64,000 bases of DNA. Source: Octopus sinensis (lineage: Eukaryota). The stretch covers positions 103,230,001 through 103,294,000 of the forward strand of contig NC_043000.1 of the NCBI RefSeq assembly GCF_006345805.1, written 5' to 3'. Below the pieces are notes generated by a model. That model was not told the DNA's origin. It saw only the letters and a program-made list of their open reading frames with translations, and made no database searches. The translations under genes were made by a program, and so were the position numbers. Every line of letters begins with the position of its first letter. The stretch's first letter is position 1. Shown here one piece after another: positions 63,114-64,000 of the stretch.

Positions 63114-64000
63114 TGTATGTATATAAATTAAGTTAATCCCCTGTCTATTTCTATATCTGGCAGTTCATACGTACTCAGTCTAGTTTGCCAACAACTTCCG
63201 CCTCAATAAAGTTTAGTTATTTCTTACAAGTTGAGTAATGAATACGACAAGCAAAAATCTAAAAACAAACTATGCATGCTAGCACACACGCATGCGCGCG
63301 CCTAAATAGATACATACATATGTACATACATATATACATACATACATCAATTACATACATGTATACATACATAGTGCGAGAGGTATTTGAGGACACATTT
63401 AGTAATTCAACCTCTAACCTAGCAAGACCCAAAAGTATTTTAAGAAAAGTTTGTGCACACGTTCTTGATAAACTTTCTTATAATATTATTGTATGAACCC
63501 GACTTCAGCATCGATGAAGCAAGCATACCTACACTAAATGGTCCTTATTCGTTTCGAACATCATCAGGACAATAGTGAGACTACAGTATTGTGAGAATGA
63601 CGATTAGCTCCCGCTTCAACAACGCTCCAAACGTAGTAATACATAAGATTTAAATCTGATGAGCTTTGGAGGCCACAAGTTCAGGGTTACATGATTCTAA
63701 AGATCGTCTGACATCCATTCATGGGTTACATGGGCTTCGTGGAAAGATGCTGAGTCTTATTGAAATACGTGTAACCTTCTATCGTGTGTTTCATCCATTT
63801 AGGGTTTAACAACTTTCTCCAGTATCACAACATATCTAGTAACATTAGTTTTGAGATTGTGCAGGAAGATGTGAGGTGACATGAACTACAGCTCTGAAGG
63901 CCACCTGAAGTTCTATTAACAGTACCTCTCATTGATTTTCCAGGATCGCCGTCGATAGTGTTTTGAACCCGTTGTAAGAAATGCAATATCTTTATAGCGT

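Noticed and set aside
63537-63575. Minus-strand CTGATGA-TGTTC-GAAAC
   Set aside because: Stem II is essentially absent and there is no NUH site.

Overview
Gene-poor, AT-rich, microsatellite-saturated eukaryotic DNA, most likely intergenic or intronic sequence from a coleoid cephalopod (Octopus-like; inferred from the SINE and microsatellite landscape, not verified). No host protein-coding gene can be called confidently. Almost all ORF-track entries are translated simple repeats, and the few real coding remnants are decayed transposons: Tx1/L1, CR1, RTE, R2-group (HERO-like, Dong/R4-like), Penelope GIY-YIG, Gypsy integrase, mariner, Tc1 and maT. Non-autonomous Helitrons, MITEs and three tRNA-derived SINE families are also present. 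The most interesting layer is non-coding: a dense set of minimal type I hammerhead ribozyme motifs of the Penelope-like dimer-cleaving kind. They show three different Watson-Crick versions of the catalytic 3-8 pair (C-G, U-A, G-C) and are often embedded in fold-back cassettes whose ribozyme 3' ends point outward. Other observations are a SINE tail matching a Tx1/L1 3' UTR, a SINE tail shared with CR1, and a Pol III tRNA-like unit inside a ~300-bp tandem repeat. All calls are by eye; none was confirmed by search or folding software.
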